Assembly (NCBI RefSeq): GCF_009914755.1
Contig: NC_060942.1
Origin: the human T2T-CHM13v2.0 reference genome, Homo sapiens
Strand: one strand, 5' to 3'
DNA: 64,000 nt
The position numbers were made by a program, and so were the translations under genes. The notes below the pieces were generated by a model. The model was given only the letters and a program-made list of their open reading frames with translations, was not told where the DNA came from and did no database searches. Below are positions 59,500 to 64,000 of the stretch, in pieces; the stretch's first letter is position 1; each line of letters opens with the position of its first letter.

Positions 59500-61284
59500 C
59501 TATAAAGGAAAAACAAGGGGAGGGGAAAAAAATTTAGTTCTTATATTTCTACGGTTAAACTGCCTTATAGGATGTTTTGGTCTTCTTAATGATTTAAAAT
59601 AAAAGATGCTCCGTTTCTCCCTAAAAGGTACAAGAAAGCTTTTTATTGACCTCAGTGTCTCACAAAATCTACACATTCAGGAAGATTCCAGTGTTCCCTG
59701 GAGTTTCAGAAATATTATAAAGAACTTTTGAACCAATCCTCACTCCTAAAACGTCCTAATGGACTATGTTTTTGTTAAATAAACCACATGTCCAGTACAA
59801 ATGCAGTTGTTTGCAATCTAGCTGAAGCAGTCTAAAACTAAATACATACTAGCAGCTAGAAGATATTTTACTTTTGATATAAGTCAAAGATACAAGGAAA
59901 ATAGAGAAAATGTTAAAGTAATCCTGGAATCCAGGACCTCTTCATTATTTTGTATACTTGGTTGATTTTGTCTTCTGTATTGTTCCAAGAAAGGTGGATC
60001 CAGTACATTTTCTCTTTTAATCCCAGAGAAACAACACTGAACTTAGAAGATTTGAGTTCAAGTCCAAGTCTGAAACTTAGTAGTTGCATCCTGCTGGGGG
60101 CTTCTCACAGCCATCTGTTCTGCTGTGCTGAGGAAGTAATACTATTTGCCTTCCTTATTTTGTTCAAGTGACATGAGATACTAGGTCACGGTTTTAGAAG
60201 AAAATATAAATACATATACATGAAATAATGTTCGTGAAAGTTCTTTGTAAAGAATGAAACACATATTTTCACTAAGCCTACATTTTGAGAAGAGCAGCAT
60301 CAATTGACACTTAGATAATTTTCACACATATAGGGCATTTTTGTTATAATTGAGATCCTGAAACAAATATATTTAATAATATAGCAGGCAGCAAAGGCCA
60401 GAAGGTGAAGTGGAGAGTAGAAAGGGCTTCAACTGGAAAAGGAGGAGAGATCTGTCTGGGAAGGTAATACAAACGCCATCTGTGATTTTGGGAGGCGTCC
60501 AGTGGTAATGAATATGGGAATGAGAGGCAGTATACTGAGTTGCCAGCATAGTTGGCCAGCACACATCACCTCAGCTGAAATGTGTTCTGGCTAAGCTCAC
60601 TCTGCTGCAAGACACCAGAGCTTAATAGGCACTGGCAGACTTCTCACACCATTCAGCACACGACACGGGCCAGCCATGTCCCTCATCCGGTGCTAGATGC
60701 CTGCCCTGTGTGCCTTTGCAACACTGAGCAACTGGGCTTGCAGTGCTCTAGTGATGTGTAGTGCTGTAACCACAGTACCTATTACTATTATTAAAGCCAC
60801 ATGAAGAGCGATTCCCGGCATGTTCTCTGCTCACTCATATAATATAAAATAAGCTGTAACAAGAAAAAGCTAATGAAATGACTAGGTGATATGAAGAAAA
60901 AGTTATACAGACTTAGGTTTACAAAATGAGTTTAAAATAGGGAGGATACAGGTAGAGGAGTCAAGAGTCTGTACCAGCATTAAAACTTCTGGGGAAGATA
61001 AGATGATCCATGGAAAAATCAAGCATAGAACTTCAAAGGAGGGTTAAGTCTTTGAAAAAATGTTTATCAGAGATACAACTTACTTAGGGAAAGGAAGCAA
61101 AAGATAGGGCAATATACCATGTAAATACATACACACATATATACATATTCATATGCACTTTAAGTGATTACACACTGTATTCGTTTACATTATATATTAT
61201 ATATTTTGGTGAAAATATTTAAAAATATTAAATAGCAAGAACCTTGGCATCTAGAAATAGCTACTGTTAATATTTTGGAAAATA

Positions 61285-61490
61285 AAAGTTATCAATAATA
61301 CCTACCGTTTTCTGAGCAGTTACTTCGTGCTAAGAGCTTTAGACACATTATTAATTAATCCAACCAACCATCATATTGAGTTAGGCATTATTATCCTTTT
61401 ACACGTGAAAAGACTAAGGCTTCAAAAGGCAATCTAACTTCCCAAAAGCCACATAGAGAACAGAATTATACTCCATTCTCCCTACGTTCA
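61285..61490 (-). mobile_element. MIR
   Basis: gagttaggcattattatccttttacacgtgaaaagactaaggcttcaaaaggcaatctaacttcccaa. Confidence 0.7.
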
Positions 61491-61869
61491 CTTTTATGCT
61501 TTCAACCGCTTTCCCATGTATGTATCCACATGGCCTTCCTTTCCAATCTTCCTTCTATACATGGATGTGCACATTTATACTTAACAAAACTAAGTTCATT
61601 ATTTACCTACTGTTTGCAAGCTGATTTGTTCATTTAACATGTCATTAACATTTTTACAACTCATTGATGATTTATTTTTATATATCATCATACTAATGGA
61701 CAGACGGTATTTATTTAACTAGTCAACTACTGTTATAAATAGAATGTTTCCACGTATTTGTTACTATAATATACATAAAAATTAAAACTTAATTAAAGAG
61801 TCTTCTAATCTAGGATCTCCTAGGAATCAATCTTCAATCTAATCAGATTTGCTTTAAAAAATGGTCTAG

Positions 61870-63200
61870 CCTGAAACTATGACACTACTAGAAGAAAACA
61901 TGAAAACTGCTAGAAGAAAACTATAAAACTACTAGAAGAAAATATGAAACTACTAGAAAAAAACACTGTGGAAACATTTCAGAACATTAGTCTGGACAAA
62001 GATTTTTTTGGGTAAGACCTCAAAAGCACAGGCAACAAAAGCAAAAGTAGACAAATGGGATTATATCAAGCTAAAGAGTTTCTGCCCAGCAAAGGAAATA
62101 ATCAACAGAGTGGAAAGACAACCTAGATAATTGGAAAAAATATTTGCAAACTATCCAGCTGAAAGGAATTAATAATCGGAATATATAAGAAGCTGAAACA
62201 ATCTAATAGTAAAAATAAACAACCAATTAAAAACAGGCAAATGACTGAAATAGACATTTCTCAAAAGAAGACATACAAATGGACAACAGCTTATGTAAAA
62301 AAATGCTCAGCATCACTCATCATCAAGGAAATGCAAATCAAAACCACAACGAGTTATCCTCTCACCCTAGTTAGAATGGTTATTATCAAAAAGACAAAAA
62401 AAAATGCTGACAAGGATGTGGAGAAAGGGGAACCCCTGTATACTGTTGGTGGAAATGTATAATAGTGTAGCTACTATAGAAAACAGCATGGAGGTTCCTC
62501 GAAAACTTAAAAATAGAACTACCATATGATCCAGCAATCCCACTGCTAGGTATATACTCAAAAGAAAGGAAATTAGTATATCTAAGAGATATCTGCACTT
62601 CTATATTTACTGCGGCACTATTCACAATAGTCAAGATATGGAATCAACTTGAGTGTCCATCAACACTCAAGAATCAGGGATCAAGAAAATATGCTGTATA
62701 TACACAATGGAATATTATTCAGCCATAAAAAAGAATGAAATCCTGTAATTTGCAGCAACATGGAAGAAACTAGAGGTCATTATTTTAAGTGAAATAAGTC
62801 AGACACACAAAGACAATGTTCTCATTCATATGTCTGAGCTAAAAAAGTGGATCTCATAGAGGCAGAGAATACAGAGAGGTGGTAACCAAAGGCTGAGAAG
62901 GATGGCAGGAAGGGGGAGCGAGGAGTAGTTGGTTAATGAGAATAAAAATAGAGTTATATAAAAGGAATAAGTTCTAATGTTCAATAGCACAGTAGGATGA
63001 CTATATTATTAATAATAGTTTATTATATATTTCAAAATAGCTAGAAGATTTAAAATATTCCCAACACAAAGAAATGGTAAATGTTTGAGGTGATGGATAC
63101 CCCAATTACCCTGATTTGATCACTTTATATTGTATGAATGTATCCAATATCACATGTACCCCAAAATATGTACAATTATTACAAATCAACTTAAAAAATG
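61870..63200 (+). mobile_element. L1MA-type LINE 3' part
   Basis: ORF2 C-terminal-like peptide (KKCSASLIIKEMQIKTT...[13 protein letters not shown]) and 3'UTR tgtttgaggtgatggataccccaattaccctgatttgatc. Confidence 0.9.
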
Positions 63201-63490
63201 ATCTGGAAGAGGAACTGTCCTGTGAAAGCTTAATTTTTACAAATCGCCTCTAAACTCTTACCCCATTTAAAAAAATGCTTGTGTTAAAGGTCTTAAAATA
63301 CAGCAAATTCCTTTCATTTGGAGAAAGAGTAAGAAAATCCAATTAAGAGAGCTTCATCCAAACTACATTTATATTATAGTAATGAAATCTGATGAATGAA
63401 TTCATCATAGGAAAATTGCAGAGATTCATTGTATACTTTTAAAGTCTACCTAACATGATTGAAAAGGGTAAACTAGAATTAATACCATTA

Positions 63491-63538
63491 GAATGAGAAA
63501 AAATGGGGATCAAGGAATGAGAAAAAATGGGGATCAAG
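63491..63538. repeat. Perfect 24-bp tandem duplication
   Basis: gaatgagaaaaaatggggatcaag x2. Confidence 0.93.
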
Positions 63539-64000
63539 AAAAGAGACCAGTAAGAAAAAAGGCCAGGCTTGGGTGGCTGTTTCGGTGTGGGGCTGAGGTC
63601 AGGAGTAGTAGTAGGTTGGTACTACTCAGGTGGATTTTTGGCAATCGATTATTATAGCTCTTTCATGGAAAACAAATTGACTGTGTCATTTTATGAAAAG
63701 CACCATCCAAGTACAGTCGAGAGAAAAAGACTTCTTATATTAAAGTAACAAGAACTCCAGCTGTGGCCTCAGCTGCTTCTTACACCACAACAGACAGAGC
63801 AGGAAAGCCAGAGCCTTATATCTTTCCCACCTGTGGATTGCATTAAGCCCCAATTTGCAAACATCACTTTGAGGCAACAGTCTCAGCTTTGTGCTTCTTG
63901 GTCCCAAAAGAGACATTTTATAACATACATATATTAAGGGAATAAATGAATGTAGTTTGCTAAAGCAATTACTCCACCTGCTGTGATAGAATTTAGCTAC

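Noticed and set aside
60370-60780. Possible old LTR or DNA-transposon remnant
   Set aside because: Could not assign a family or termini by eye

Overview
Primate genomic DNA, human-like (AluY/AluS/AluJ, L1, MIR, L2, MER5, MaLR and ERV1 LTRs). The window lies entirely inside the mechanosensitive channel gene PIEZO2, transcribed on the minus strand. Three coding exons with canonical AG/GT boundaries and compatible phases are present: 59337-59499 (163 nt), 45082-45292 (211 nt) and 43434-43647 (214 nt). From memory these are exons 5-7. The rest is intron, including more than 43 kb downstream of the last exon in which I found no further exon. Almost all listed ORFs are repeat-derived or chance. I see no new multi-gene system. 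The most notable local structures are: a 42-bp direct repeat bracketing the 211-nt exon; inverted Alus around the two close exons; an L1 with an internal duplication and inversion; an ERV1 LTR with a PBS-like site; a ~60-bp minisatellite with an open frame; a candidate CTCF site; and several nested transposon stacks. Repeat subfamily names and boundaries were assigned by eye and are approximate.
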